46,405 nucleotides of DNA from a virus. Its lineage: Duplodnaviria; Heunggongvirae; Uroviricota; Caudoviricetes. The stretch is taken from IMG/VR virus record IMGVR_UViG_2563366912_000002; one strand, given 5' to 3'. Each line of letters starts with the position of its first letter. Position 1 is the stretch's first letter. The translations under genes and the position numbers were made by a program. Shown here piece after piece: positions 1-10,559 of this stretch. Below the pieces are notes generated by a model. It was not told the DNA's origin. It saw nothing but the letters and a program-made list of their open reading frames with translations, and did no database searches.

Positions 1-647
1 TTACGCCTTCTTTATATCCTCCATAATTCCAGAGTGGGACATATTTGGGACATTATCACCAAAAATGTCGTCTATTTTCCTCGCATGCTCTGTCAAATGA
101 TTAGGCGCAAGGTGAGCATACCTACGAACCATTTCTATGGACTCCCATCCGCCCATTTCCTGAAGCACTGATAATGGGACGCCTGACTGAATCAGCCAGC
201 TTGCCCAGGTGTGTCTGAGGTCATGGAAACGGAAATCTTCAATTCCTGCACGACGACAAGCTGATAGCCATGATGTCTTGCTGTCGATGCGCATCTTCCT
301 GACCGCAGGCGTTGATGTTCCATCTGCTCGCTTAGCCGCCTTGGTATGTACAAACACCCATTTGTGATGCTTGCCTATTTGATCACGCAACACTTTACAG
401 GCGGTATCGTTCAGCGCCACACCAATGGCGCGGTTTGATTTGCTCTCTTCTGGATTCACCCAGGCAACTCGTCGCTGCATGTCGATTTGTTGCCATTCCA
501 GATTTATGATGTTCGACTTTCTCAGACCAGTTGCCAGCGCAAACTTGACGACAGATTTCAGTGGTTCGGGGCACTCATCAATAAGGCGTTTTGCTTCCTC
601 CTTTTCCAGCCATCTGACTCGCTTGTTTCTGACCGCTGGTATCTTGA
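1..647 (-). pseudogene. int: Tyrosine integrase, C-terminal fragment (catalytic domain), separated from its N-terminal part by an IS insertion
   Basis: ORF 1..681 (-) ends ...[44 protein letters not shown], the R-H-R-Y tyrosine recombinase signature. Reading frame resumes integrase sequence (…[15 protein letters not shown]) only below ~647; codons 648..681 are IS-derived. Resembles Rac IntR from memory. Confidence 0.8.
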
Positions 648-3124
<2,477 letters not shown>

Positions 3125-3322
3125 TTTCTTTCCTCTGTTATGCCATCACCCGCGCTCACCTGGACAGTATGCAGCGGAGACTGAAGCGCCGCAATGCAGG
3201 CTTGCCGTGTTGTGAGGTAAGGAGATTTTGGCTTGGTTGGATCTTTACGTGTTGCCTGTAGGCGGCCTGTTCGTATCCAGTTGGTGGCGGTTGGTCTGGA
3301 TATCTTAAGAAACTGACAGGCC

Positions 3323-3601
3323 TCATCGAGTGTGAGGCTGTATGATTCCATGGTTACCTCTGCTTTTTGAACGCATGTCACGTAACTTCTTAATGTGTTC
3401 TGCCGTTTCGATCTCTTCTGCTATCCGATCTGCATCAGCTTTATTCACAGGTTCAAAGTCATGATTAAAGCGGAACATGCTGGCGATACATGTTCTGCCT
3501 TTTCGGATGTAGTGAACTTTGTTGTGGGTAGAACGCAGGATTTTGCAGGGAGTGCCGTGGTGGTCGACGTACCAGGTGTTAGGAAAAATGATTCTGAACA
3601 T
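3323..3601 (-). CDS. Hypothetical early-left protein (92 aa)
   Basis: ATG at 3599..3601 preceded by SD GAGGTG with ~6 nt spacing; no recognisable domain. Confidence 0.5.
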   Translation of the reverse strand: MFRIIFPNTWYVDHHGTPCKILRSTHNKVHYIRKGRTCIASMFRFNHDFEPVNKADADRIAEEIETAEHIKKLRDMRSKSRGNHGIIQPHTR

Positions 3602-3648
3602 TTTTACACCTCAGTTGGACGATGTTGAAATTTGCTGCTTTGAGGCCA

Positions 3649-3867
3649 TCACAGTCCCCATTGTTTGTTCTTAAGTTCGATCTCCTCCTGGCAACTTGCA
3701 CAAGTCCGACAACCCTGAACAGCCAGGCGTCTTCGCTCATCTATCGGATCGCCACACTCACAACAATGAGTTGCGGATACAGTCTGGTAGTTCAGACGAC
3801 GTATTTTTATTGCTGTATTGCGCTGTAATTCTTCGATTTCTGATGCTGAATCAATGATGTCTGCCAT
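3649..3867 (-). CDS. TraR/DksA-family C4 zinc-finger protein (72 aa)
   Basis: C-x2-C-x17-C-x2-C pattern (CCECGDPIDERRRLAVQGCRTCASC), typical of phage TraR/DksA-like proteins. Confidence 0.65.
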   Translation of the reverse strand: MADIIDSASEIEELQRNTAIKIRRLNYQTVSATHCCECGDPIDERRRLAVQGCRTCASCQEEIELKNKQWGL

Positions 3868-3920
3868 CTTTCATTAATCCCTGAATTGTTGGTTAATACG
3901 CTTGAGGGTAAATGCGAATA

Positions 3921-3944
3921 ATAAAAAAGGAGCCTGTAGCTCCC
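3921..3944 (-). terminator. Rho-independent terminator-like hairpin within the leftward operon
   Basis: Minus strand reads GGAGCTACAGGCTCC followed by TTTTTTATT; lies between ORF 3966..4247 and ORF 3649..3867. Confidence 0.4.
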
Positions 3945-3965
3945 TGATGATTTTGCTTTTCATGT

Positions 3966-4247
3966 TCATCGTTCCTTAAAGACGCCGTTCAACATGCCGA
4001 TCGCCAGGCTTAAATGAGTCGGTGTGAATCCCATCAGCGTTACCGTTTCGCGGTGCTTCTTTAGTACGCTACGGCAAATGTCATCGACGTTTTTATCCGG
4101 AAACTGCTGTCTGGCTTTTTTGATTTCAGAATTAGCCTGACGGGCAATGCTGCGAAGGGCGTTTTCTTGCTGAGGTGTCATTGAACAAGCCCCATGTCGG
4201 CAAGCATAAGCACACAGAATATGAAGCCCGCTGCCAGAAAAATGCAT
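3966..4247 (-). CDS. Hypothetical early-left protein (93 aa; possible internal start at 4181 giving 71 aa)
   Basis: ORF starts 8 nt after the upstream stop (possible coupling); no recognisable domain. Confidence 0.45.
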   Translation of the reverse strand: MHFSGSGLHILCAYACRHGACSMTPQQENALRSIARQANSEIKKARQQFPDKNVDDICRSVLKKHRETVTLMGFTPTHLSLAIGMLNGVFKER

Positions 4248-4257
4248 TCAGTGGTTG

Positions 4258-4449
4258 TCATACCTGGTCTCTCTCATCTGCTTCTGCTTTCGCCACCATC
4301 ATTTCCAGCTTTTGTGAAAGGGATGTGGCTAACGTATGAAATTCTTCGTCTGTTTCTACTGGTATTGGCACAAACCTGACTCCAATTTGAGCAAGGCTAT
4401 GTGCCATCTCAATACTCGTTCTTAACTCAACAGGAGATGCTTTGTGCAT
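4258..4449 (-). CDS. Hypothetical early-left protein (63 aa)
   Basis: Compact ORF in the operon directly downstream of exo; no recognisable domain. Confidence 0.45.
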   Translation of the reverse strand: MHKASPVELRTSIEMAHSLAQIGVRFVPIPVETDEEFHTLATSLSQKLEMMVAKAEADERDQV

Positions 4450-4600
4450 ACCGCCTCCCGTTTATTATTTATCTTCTCAGCCAGCCGCTGTGCTTTCAGT
4501 GGATTTCTGATAACAGAAAGGCCGGGAAATACCCAGCCTCGCTTTGTAACGGAGTAGACGAAAGTGATCGCGCCTACCCGGATATTATCGTGAGGATGCG

Positions 4601-5281
4601 TCATCGCCATTGCTCCCCAAATACAAAACCAATTTCAGCCAGTGCCTCGTCCATTTTTTCGATGAACTCCGGCACCATCTCGTCAAAACTCGCCATGTAC
4701 TTTTCATTCCGCTCAATCACGACATAATGCAGGCCTTCACGCTTCATGCGCGGGTCATAGTTGGCAAAGTACCAGGCATCTTTTCGCGTCACCCACATGC
4801 TGTACTGCACCTGGGCCATGTAAGCCGATTTTATTGCCTCGAAACCACCGAGCCGGAATTTCATGAAATCCCGGGAGGTAAACGGGCATTTCAGTTCAAG
4901 GCCGTTGCCGTCACTGCATAAACCATCGGGAGAGCAGGCGGTGCGCATACTTTCGTCGCGATAGATGATCGGGGATTCAGTAATATTCACGCCGGAAGTG
5001 AATTCAAACAGGGTTCTGGCGTCGTTCTCGTACTGTTTTCCCCAGGCCAGCGCCTTAGCATTAACTTCCGGAGCCACACCGGTGCAAACCTCAGCCAGCA
5101 GGGTGTGGAAGTAGGACATTTTCATGTCAGGCCACTTCTTTCCTGAGCGGGGCTTTGCTATCACGTTGTGAACTTCTGAAGCGGTGATGACGCCGAGCCG
5201 TAATTTGTGCCATGCATCATCCCCCTGTTCGACAGCTCTCACGTCGATCCCGGTACGCTGCAGGATAATGTCCGGTATCAT
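4601..5281 (-). CDS. exo: Lambda exonuclease (Red-alpha), 226 aa
   Basis: Near-identical to lambda Exo as recalled (…[41 protein letters not shown]…GEQWR); start overlaps bet stop. Confidence 0.95.
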   Translation of the reverse strand: MIPDIILQRTGIDVRAVEQGDDAWHKLRLGVITASEVHNVIAKPRSGKKWPDMKMSYFHTLLAEVCTGVAPEVNAKALAWGKQYENDARTLFEFTSGVNITESPIIYRDESMRTACSPDGLCSDGNGLELKCPFTSRDFMKFRLGGFEAIKSAYMAQVQYSMWVTRKDAWYFANYDPRMKREGLHYVVIERNEKYMASFDEMVPEFIEKMDEALAEIGFVFGEQWR

Positions 5282-6063
5282 GCTGCCACCTTCTGCTCAG
5301 TGGCTTTCTGTTTCAGGAATCCAAGAGCTTTCACTGCTTCGGCCTGTGTCAGTTCTGACGATGCGCGAATGTCGCGGCGAAATATCTGGGAACAGAGCGG
5401 CAATAAGTCGTCATCCCATGTTTTATCCAGGGCGATCAGCAGAGTGTTAATCTCCTGCATGGTTTCATCGTTAACCGGAGTGATGTCGCGTTCTGGCTGA
5501 CGTTCTGCAGTGTATGCAGTATTTTCGACAATGCGCTCGGCTTCATCCTTGTCATAGATACCAGCAAATCCGAAGGCCAGACGGGCACACTGAATCATGG
5601 CTTTATGCCGTAACATCCGTTTGGGATGCGACTGCCACGGCCCCGTGATTTCTCTGCCTTCGCGAGTTTTGAATGGTTCGCGGCGGCATTCATCCATCCA
5701 TTCGGTAACGCAGATCGGATGATTACGGTCCTTGCGGTAAATCCGGCATGTACAGGATTCATTGTCCTGCTCAAAGTCCATGCCATCAAACTGCTGGTTT
5801 TCATTGATGATGCGGGACCAGCCATCAACGCCCACCACCGGAACGATGCCGTTCTGCTTATCAGGGAAGGCGTAAATTTCTTTCGTCCACGGATTAAGGC
5901 CGTACTGGTTGGCGACGATCAACAATGCGATGAACTGCGCATCGCTGGCATCACCTTTAAATGCCGTCTGGCGAAGAGTGGTGATCAGTTCCTGTGGGTC
6001 GACAGAATCCATGCCGACACGTTCAGCCAGCTTCCCTGCCAGCGTTGCGAGTGCTGTACTCAT
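5278..6063 (-). CDS. bet: Lambda Bet (Red-beta) single-strand annealing protein, 261 aa
   Basis: Near-identical to lambda Bet as recalled ([66 protein letters not shown]…). Confidence 0.95.
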   Translation of the reverse strand: MSTALATLAGKLAERVGMDSVDPQELITTLRQTAFKGDASDAQFIALLIVANQYGLNPWTKEIYAFPDKQNGIVPVVGVDGWSRIINENQQFDGMDFEQDNESCTCRIYRKDRNHPICVTEWMDECRREPFKTREGREITGPWQSHPKRMLRHKAMIQCARLAFGFAGIYDKDEAERIVENTAYTAERQPERDITPVNDETMQEINTLLIALDKTWDDDLLPLCSQIFRRDIRASSELTQAEAVKALGFLKQKATEQKVAA

Positions 6064-6068
6064 CCGTT

Positions 6069-6365
6069 TTATACCTCTGAATCAATATCAACCTGGTGGT
6101 GAGCAATGGTTTCAACCATGTACCGGATGTGTTCTGCCATGCGCTCCTGAAACTCAACATCGTCATCAAACGCACGGGTAATGGCTTTTTTGCTGGCCCC
6201 GTGGCGTTGCAAATGATCGATGCATAGCGATTCAAACAGGTGCTGGGGCAGGCCTTTTTCCATGTCGTCTGCCAGTTCTGCCTCTTTCTCTTCACGGGCG
6301 ATCTGCTGGTAGTGACGCGCCCAGCTCTGAGCCTCAAGACGATCCTGAATGTAATAAGCGTTCAT
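6069..6365 (-). CDS. gam: Gam, RecBCD inhibitor (98-aa short form)
   Basis: [60 protein letters not shown]… matches lambda Gam; an in-frame TAA 19 codons upstream prevents the long form. Confidence 0.9.
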   Translation of the reverse strand: MNAYYIQDRLEAQSWARHYQQIAREEKEAELADDMEKGLPQHLFESLCIDHLQRHGASKKAITRAFDDDVEFQERMAEHIRYMVETIAHHQVDIDSEV

Positions 6366-6440
6366 GGCTGACCTCCTGAAAATGGCTGTGAAAATATCGC
6401 CCGCGAAATGCCAGGCTGATTAGGAAAACAGGAAAGGGGA

Positions 6441-6731
6441 TTAGTGATTCAGGCCGTTACCGCGTCCGTCGAGAAAAACTTCCACGAGCAAATCACGGGT
6501 ATAAGTGCGCTCGATGCCGCGATGCAGATAAAGTCGTCCGCGTAAATTAGCTGATGCAGTCCAGGTACCATCTTTGCGTTTGACCAGCATTCCTGGCATG
6601 ACCGCACCGCGATTAACGGTTTGCGTTCCGTAATGTTGATGAACCATAAAAACTCCTGCCCGTAAGCTGGGCTGCTGAACATATAAAGACTTCTGCGCGT
6701 ATTCAGGCGGTGGATGGCCGCCGGTTGTCAT
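6441..6731 (-). CDS. Hypothetical protein, first long ORF downstream of the putative PL (kil/N position)
   Basis: 96-aa ORF between the immunity region and gam; no Arg-rich motif of its own, but see the finding on the in-frame upstream Arg-rich mini-ORF. Confidence 0.5.
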   Translation of the reverse strand: MTTGGHPPPEYAQKSLYVQQPSLRAGVFMVHQHYGTQTVNRGAVMPGMLVKRKDGTWTASANLRGRLYLHRGIERTYTRDLLVEVFLDGRGNGLNH

Positions 6732-6924
6732 AACTAAGCCGCCTCGTTGAAGCGACTAAGGTATGAAATGTTGAGTTGATTTCAGCTGGTCACACCGACG
6801 TTCACGCGTCCGTTTCATCCCTCGCACTCCCCGAAGCCTGCTGAAATTCAAGCTGCGGATCTAAGCGGTCATCGCAACGGTGAATCAGGTGGTTGCCGTA
6901 TCGTTGTGTTGTTGCGATATGGTG

Positions 6925-6953
6925 ATAATAGCTATTGCTATTGGTGATATCAA
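6925..6953 (-). promoter_or_regulatory. Candidate leftward early promoter (PL-like) with operator-type repeats
   Basis: Minus strand reads TTGATA-17 nt-TATTAT; the spacer contains CAATAGCAATAGC repeats that recur in the cI-cro intergenic region. Confidence 0.4.
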
Positions 6954-7095
6954 TACTTATTGGTATTAATTGATGTGTTTTGATATTAAATGTTTGATAG
7001 CAAAAAGAATTAATTTTGTGACTTGCATCGCATAGCGATAACTGAAGCGAGGTTGTGGTGGTTTTTTGAACGGTATACGTGATGAGGGGAGGGGA

Positions 7096-7123
7096 CAAAA
7101 GAAAACCCGGCACGGTGGCCGGG
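7096..7123 (-). terminator. Rho-independent terminator downstream of the cI-orf153-stk operon
   Basis: Minus strand CCCGGCCACCGTGCCGGG hairpin followed by TTTTCTTTTGT. Confidence 0.55.
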
Positions 7124-7290
7124 CTAGATCTTAAAGTATTTATCTTTTAGAGATGTAGATGCAAAATTTTTTGCCTTTGAAAATTTTTTGTCATCAGAAG
7201 AGCTTATGAACTCATCTTTTTTGTAGGGAACCGCTAATGCTGCATCACGTCTGCGAGGCAGCTTACTTACTTCCTCGCACTTTTTCATGA

Positions 7291-8337
7291 TCAGTTATCC
7301 TTTAATAACCTATACAGTTTTGTAGGGGTACATCCTGAGGATATTGTTAAGTTCGTAGCACGCCTTTTCCGCCCACCATCGTATAAACGAAAACCAGTAG
7401 TAGACGAATTTTCTGCGTCAAAAACTATAGACAGTATAACGTCCCCAGACTTTTTTTGCCATTCATATGTGCCGTTAGTTGGTTTTGTCATCTGTAGACG
7501 CCAGTCAAGAACGCCATCACTTATAGCTGAGAGATCGTTTAGTACGTCTAGTACGGATTGATATCTTTCATTTGGATCTACATGAATGCATTTGTTTACT
7601 ATTGTTATCAATTTTTTATGTATGTGGGAAGGATACTCTTTTAATGGATAGGAGCCATTAATTATCGACTCTCTGAGTTGTTCAATCGTTCTAAATGCAG
7701 ATCTTTCTCTTTCAAAATTATCATATCCAACACACATTCTATATATGGTTAATCCTGCCTGATATATGTCATATGTGAAATTATAATCATTTGTTGATAA
7801 AGAAAAATATTCCGGTGGCACATGAAAATGATATCCAAACTCAGGCGCAGCTCTCGATTCCTCATTGACTAACTGAGACAATCCAAAGTCAGATAGCATG
7901 GCCTCATTTCTGTTTGATATCATGATGTTATTAGGTTTTATATCAAAATGCATAAGACCTTTTGAGTGTATATGATAAAGCCCACTTAAAAATTGAATAG
8001 AATACCGTATTATCTCCCTGCTCGTAAGATTAATCTTTTTTATTAATTGGTTTAGCGAACCATTATGATAAAATGGCATGGCTATATAGATATTGCTCTC
8101 ACATTGAGCAGCATACTGAACTTGCACAATATTTGGATGTGCATGTTTATAGAGAAGCCTTGCTTCATTAAAGTAGTCGTCGTGGTTAGTGTTTTCTTTT
8201 TTTTCTATTTCTTTAATCACCAAGTCATGAGCTAGGTGTCTGTCATGAGCCAGATATACTTTTGAAAAACAACCCTGTTCTTCTAGATCACGAATCCATT
8301 CGAATGCTACATCAGCTCTTTTGTATGGAGTCAGCAT
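7291..8337 (-). CDS. stk: Eukaryotic-like (Hanks-type) protein kinase, 348 aa, Stk-like
   Basis: Catalytic loop HFDIKPNNIM, DFG motif SDFGLS, beta3 lysine in VIKEIEKK; SD GGAGGT 8 nt upstream; start overlaps upstream ORF stop; AT-rich. Confidence 0.85.
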   Translation of the reverse strand: MLTPYKRADVAFEWIRDLEEQGCFSKVYLAHDRHLAHDLVIKEIEKKENTNHDDYFNEARLLYKHAHPNIVQVQYAAQCESNIYIAMPFYHNGSLNQLIKKINLTSREIIRYSIQFLSGLYHIHSKGLMHFDIKPNNIMISNRNEAMLSDFGLSQLVNEESRAAPEFGYHFHVPPEYFSLSTNDYNFTYDIYQAGLTIYRMCVGYDNFERERSAFRTIEQLRESIINGSYPLKEYPSHIHKKLITIVNKCIHVDPNERYQSVLDVLNDLSAISDGVLDWRLQMTKPTNGTYEWQKKSGDVILSIVFDAENSSTTGFRLYDGGRKRRATNLTISSGCTPTKLYRLLKDN

Positions 8338-8792
8338 CCCCTTACCTCCGCAGATAGTGCAGCCAAAACAGCTTCATTTGTTTCAGTTGTAAAACCAGAA
8401 TTATCGATTCCATTTATATTACGGTGTGACTTCAATATTTCTTTATACTCGATCTCTGTTAGGTTCAATGATGACTTCATACCAGATTTTCTAATGGTGT
8501 AATATCTTCTTACATCACTGCTTGAAAATGCTTCTTGAATAACAGCTTCTATATAAAGGCGGTCAATGCTAAGATTATCAGAGTTTGATTCAGTAACGCG
8601 TATAGCAGCTAATTCAACATTATATAAATTAAGAATGTCGAGGATGTTATTTCGCACATACTTTAATTTTTCTGGTGTGTCTAAGGTCGAAGGTATTTTA
8701 ATAACATCAACACATTTGAGTGCAGACTCATCAGTGCAATATACAACAAAAGATGTAACTTTGGGCGCCGCCCTAACACCTAGTATTCTCAT
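8331..8792 (-). CDS. Hypothetical protein (153 aa) between cI and the kinase
   Basis: Stop overlaps the kinase start (translational coupling); AT-rich like the kinase; no recognisable domain. Confidence 0.6.
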   Translation of the reverse strand: MRILGVRAAPKVTSFVVYCTDESALKCVDVIKIPSTLDTPEKLKYVRNNILDILNLYNVELAAIRVTESNSDNLSIDRLYIEAVIQEAFSSSDVRRYYTIRKSGMKSSLNLTEIEYKEILKSHRNINGIDNSGFTTETNEAVLAALSAEVRGC

Positions 8793-8872
8793 TTTTTATA
8801 TCCCATTTTAGAATCAGGCTGCGTTTCTGCAGCCTCTCTCATCACCCAAATGTCTAATCAGGCTATTATTGA

Positions 8873-9565
8873 TTATCCATGTTTCCTGTATGTTTGCGGC
8901 ATGCTCCCAATAACTTTCCCGAAGATAAACACCCGGTTCATCTCGTCTTTCTCGATTGGGTCCCACGGCGAGTAGCTCTTGTTATCAGAGATAACCAGCA
9001 GCTTATCCTTCATCATTTGAAGACGTTTTACATGGGCAGTGTCGTCGTACAGAAACGCATAGATGCCATCACCGTCGAAAGATTTAACAGTGATATCAAC
9101 GAACAGCAGATCACCTGGTTCGATCGTCCCTGACATGCTGTCACCGCGCACGTTAATAATGCGGATATTTTCCGCCTTCCTGCCATCGAACATGTGACGA
9201 GCATCGTCAAACGAGTACTCAACCGAGCGTAGAACTTCCACAAACTCACGGTTGATGACACCCGGTCCGGCACTGACTTCTATATCAAGAACGTCAATCT
9301 TGAAGTATTTTGAATGGCTGACAGCAGGCTTCCCTGATTGTTGACCGTCATTTCTCATCGGGCCTATGCCTGATGAGAGCCATTCTGTTCGAACACCCAA
9401 TGCATTAGCTATTTCAACAATTTTTGTTGAGCCGCGCGCGTTGCCGCTTGTCAGTCTCCAGATTGTGGGTTGAGCTACGCCAGACGCCTTTGCAAGAGCG
9501 CCTTGAGACATTCCAGATTGTTCCATCGCTAGGTTTAAGCGATCAGCAAGAGTTTCTTTTTTCAT
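8873..9565 (-). CDS. cI: CI-type prophage repressor, HTH_XRE N-domain plus S24 (LexA-like) autopeptidase C-domain
   Basis: HTH SQGALAKASGVAQPTIWRL; S24 motifs GDSMSGTIEPGDLLFVD and HVKRL; ATG at 9563..9565 sits ~7 nt after a TAAATT -10, so the mRNA is nearly leaderless as for lambda PRM. Confidence 0.85.
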   Translation of the reverse strand: MKKETLADRLNLAMEQSGMSQGALAKASGVAQPTIWRLTSGNARGSTKIVEIANALGVRTEWLSSGIGPMRNDGQQSGKPAVSHSKYFKIDVLDIEVSAGPGVINREFVEVLRSVEYSFDDARHMFDGRKAENIRIINVRGDSMSGTIEPGDLLFVDITVKSFDGDGIYAFLYDDTAHVKRLQMMKDKLLVISDNKSYSPWDPIEKDEMNRVFIFGKVIGSMPQTYRKHG

Positions 9566-9675
9566 AAGTTTTAATTTATACGCTTGCGTATTGATGGTCA
9601 AAACACGTTTTGCTATTGCTTGGATTAATACGCATTGCTATTATTCATTCATTGCAATACCAATAGGAATTGATA
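9566..9675. promoter_or_regulatory. Divergent immunity promoters and operators (OR/PRM/PR-like)
   Basis: Rightward TTGCTT(9616..9621)-17-TATTAT(9639..9644); leftward (minus) TTGACC(9596..9601)-17-TAAATT(9573..9578); palindrome ATACGCttGCGTAT at 9581..9594 and repeated TTGCTATTG / CAATAG elements. Confidence 0.5.
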
Positions 9676-9903
9676 ATGACAAATCAAACCATTCAACTCG
9701 CAATCAGTATTACAGGTAGTCAAAAACGACTGGCAGATCTATGCGGTGTAGCCCAACCCACAGTTTGGCGTTGGCTACACGGTGGCGGAATTGATGCCCG
9801 CTATGTAATGAAAATTGTCTCAGCCACTGGTGGAAAGATTAAACCAGCAGATATTCGTCCCGACCTCGCACCATTGTTTAACGCGAGTAATTCTGCCGCC
9901 TAA
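9676..9903 (+). CDS. cro: Cro-like HTH regulator (YdaS-type)
   Basis: HTH QKRLADLCGVAQPTVWRWLHGG; SD AGGA 7 nt upstream of ATG 9676; divergent from cI. Confidence 0.75.
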   Translation: MTNQTIQLAISITGSQKRLADLCGVAQPTVWRWLHGGGIDARYVMKIVSATGGKIKPADIRPDLAPLFNASNSAA

Positions 9904-9927
9904 ACTGCGGCGTTAACTGATAAGGCA

Positions 9928-10473
9928 ATGACTATGCAACCACTTACATACCAACAGACTAGCGGATTTAGCCCGACTGCGGTGATAAATCGTTCTCAAA
10001 CAAAACAGGCGCCAGGCCACGAAAAAATCCGTGATGCCGTTCGCGCCTGGTCGGCTGCAGATAATCAGGATGTTGTTGCCGCACTCATTGTGAATGAGTA
10101 TCGGGAGCAGGGCGGCGGCACCATCGATTTCCCTGATGATGTCAGCCGTGCACGCCAGAAGCTGTTCCGCTTCCTCGATAACAAATTCGATTCTGAAAAA
10201 TACCGAAATAACGTGCGTGAACTGACCCCGGCAATTCTGGCGGTACTACCGCTGGAATATCGCGGCCACCTGGTTGAGCAGGATAGCTACATGGCTCGGC
10301 TGGCTGAAATGGAAAAGGAACTCAGTGAGGCAAAACAGGCTGTCATTCTCAACGCACCACGCCACCAGAAACTGAAGGAGATGAGTGAAGGCATTGTGTC
10401 GATGTTTCGTGTGGACCCGGATTTGGCTGGTCCACTGATGGCGATGGTCACCACCATGCTGGGGGCAATATGA
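9928..10473 (+). CDS. YdaT-family protein (181 aa) in the cII position
   Basis: Occupies the cro-O interval where lambda has cII; sequence type recalled as YdaT-like (Rac ydaS-ydaT arrangement). Confidence 0.55.
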   Translation: MTMQPLTYQQTSGFSPTAVINRSQTKQAPGHEKIRDAVRAWSAADNQDVVAALIVNEYREQGGGTIDFPDDVSRARQKLFRFLDNKFDSEKYRNNVRELTPAILAVLPLEYRGHLVEQDSYMARLAEMEKELSEAKQAVILNAPRHQKLKEMSEGIVSMFRVDPDLAGPLMAMVTTMLGAI

Positions 10474-10559
10474 CAGGTTCGGAAATGGCGAAAGCCGGTC
10501 TGCGCGAACAGAACCGACTTTCAGGTGCAAATCGTAACACACTCATTGCGGGAGGAATT

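Noticed and set aside
4422-4610. 62-aa minus-strand ORF between exo and the 63-aa ORF
   Set aside because: It overlaps both neighbours and has no clear RBS; left uncalled, although a small real gene here cannot be excluded.
5626-6181. Plus-strand ORFs of 158 and 90 aa overlapping bet and gam
   Set aside because: Antisense to near-lambda-identical bet and gam; chance ORFs.
6802-7113. 103-aa minus-strand ORF in the interval where an N gene might be expected
   Set aside because: It overlaps the AT-rich promoter/operator repeats and the terminator hairpin, has no Arg-rich motif or plausible RBS, and its composition looks non-coding; treated as a chance ORF.
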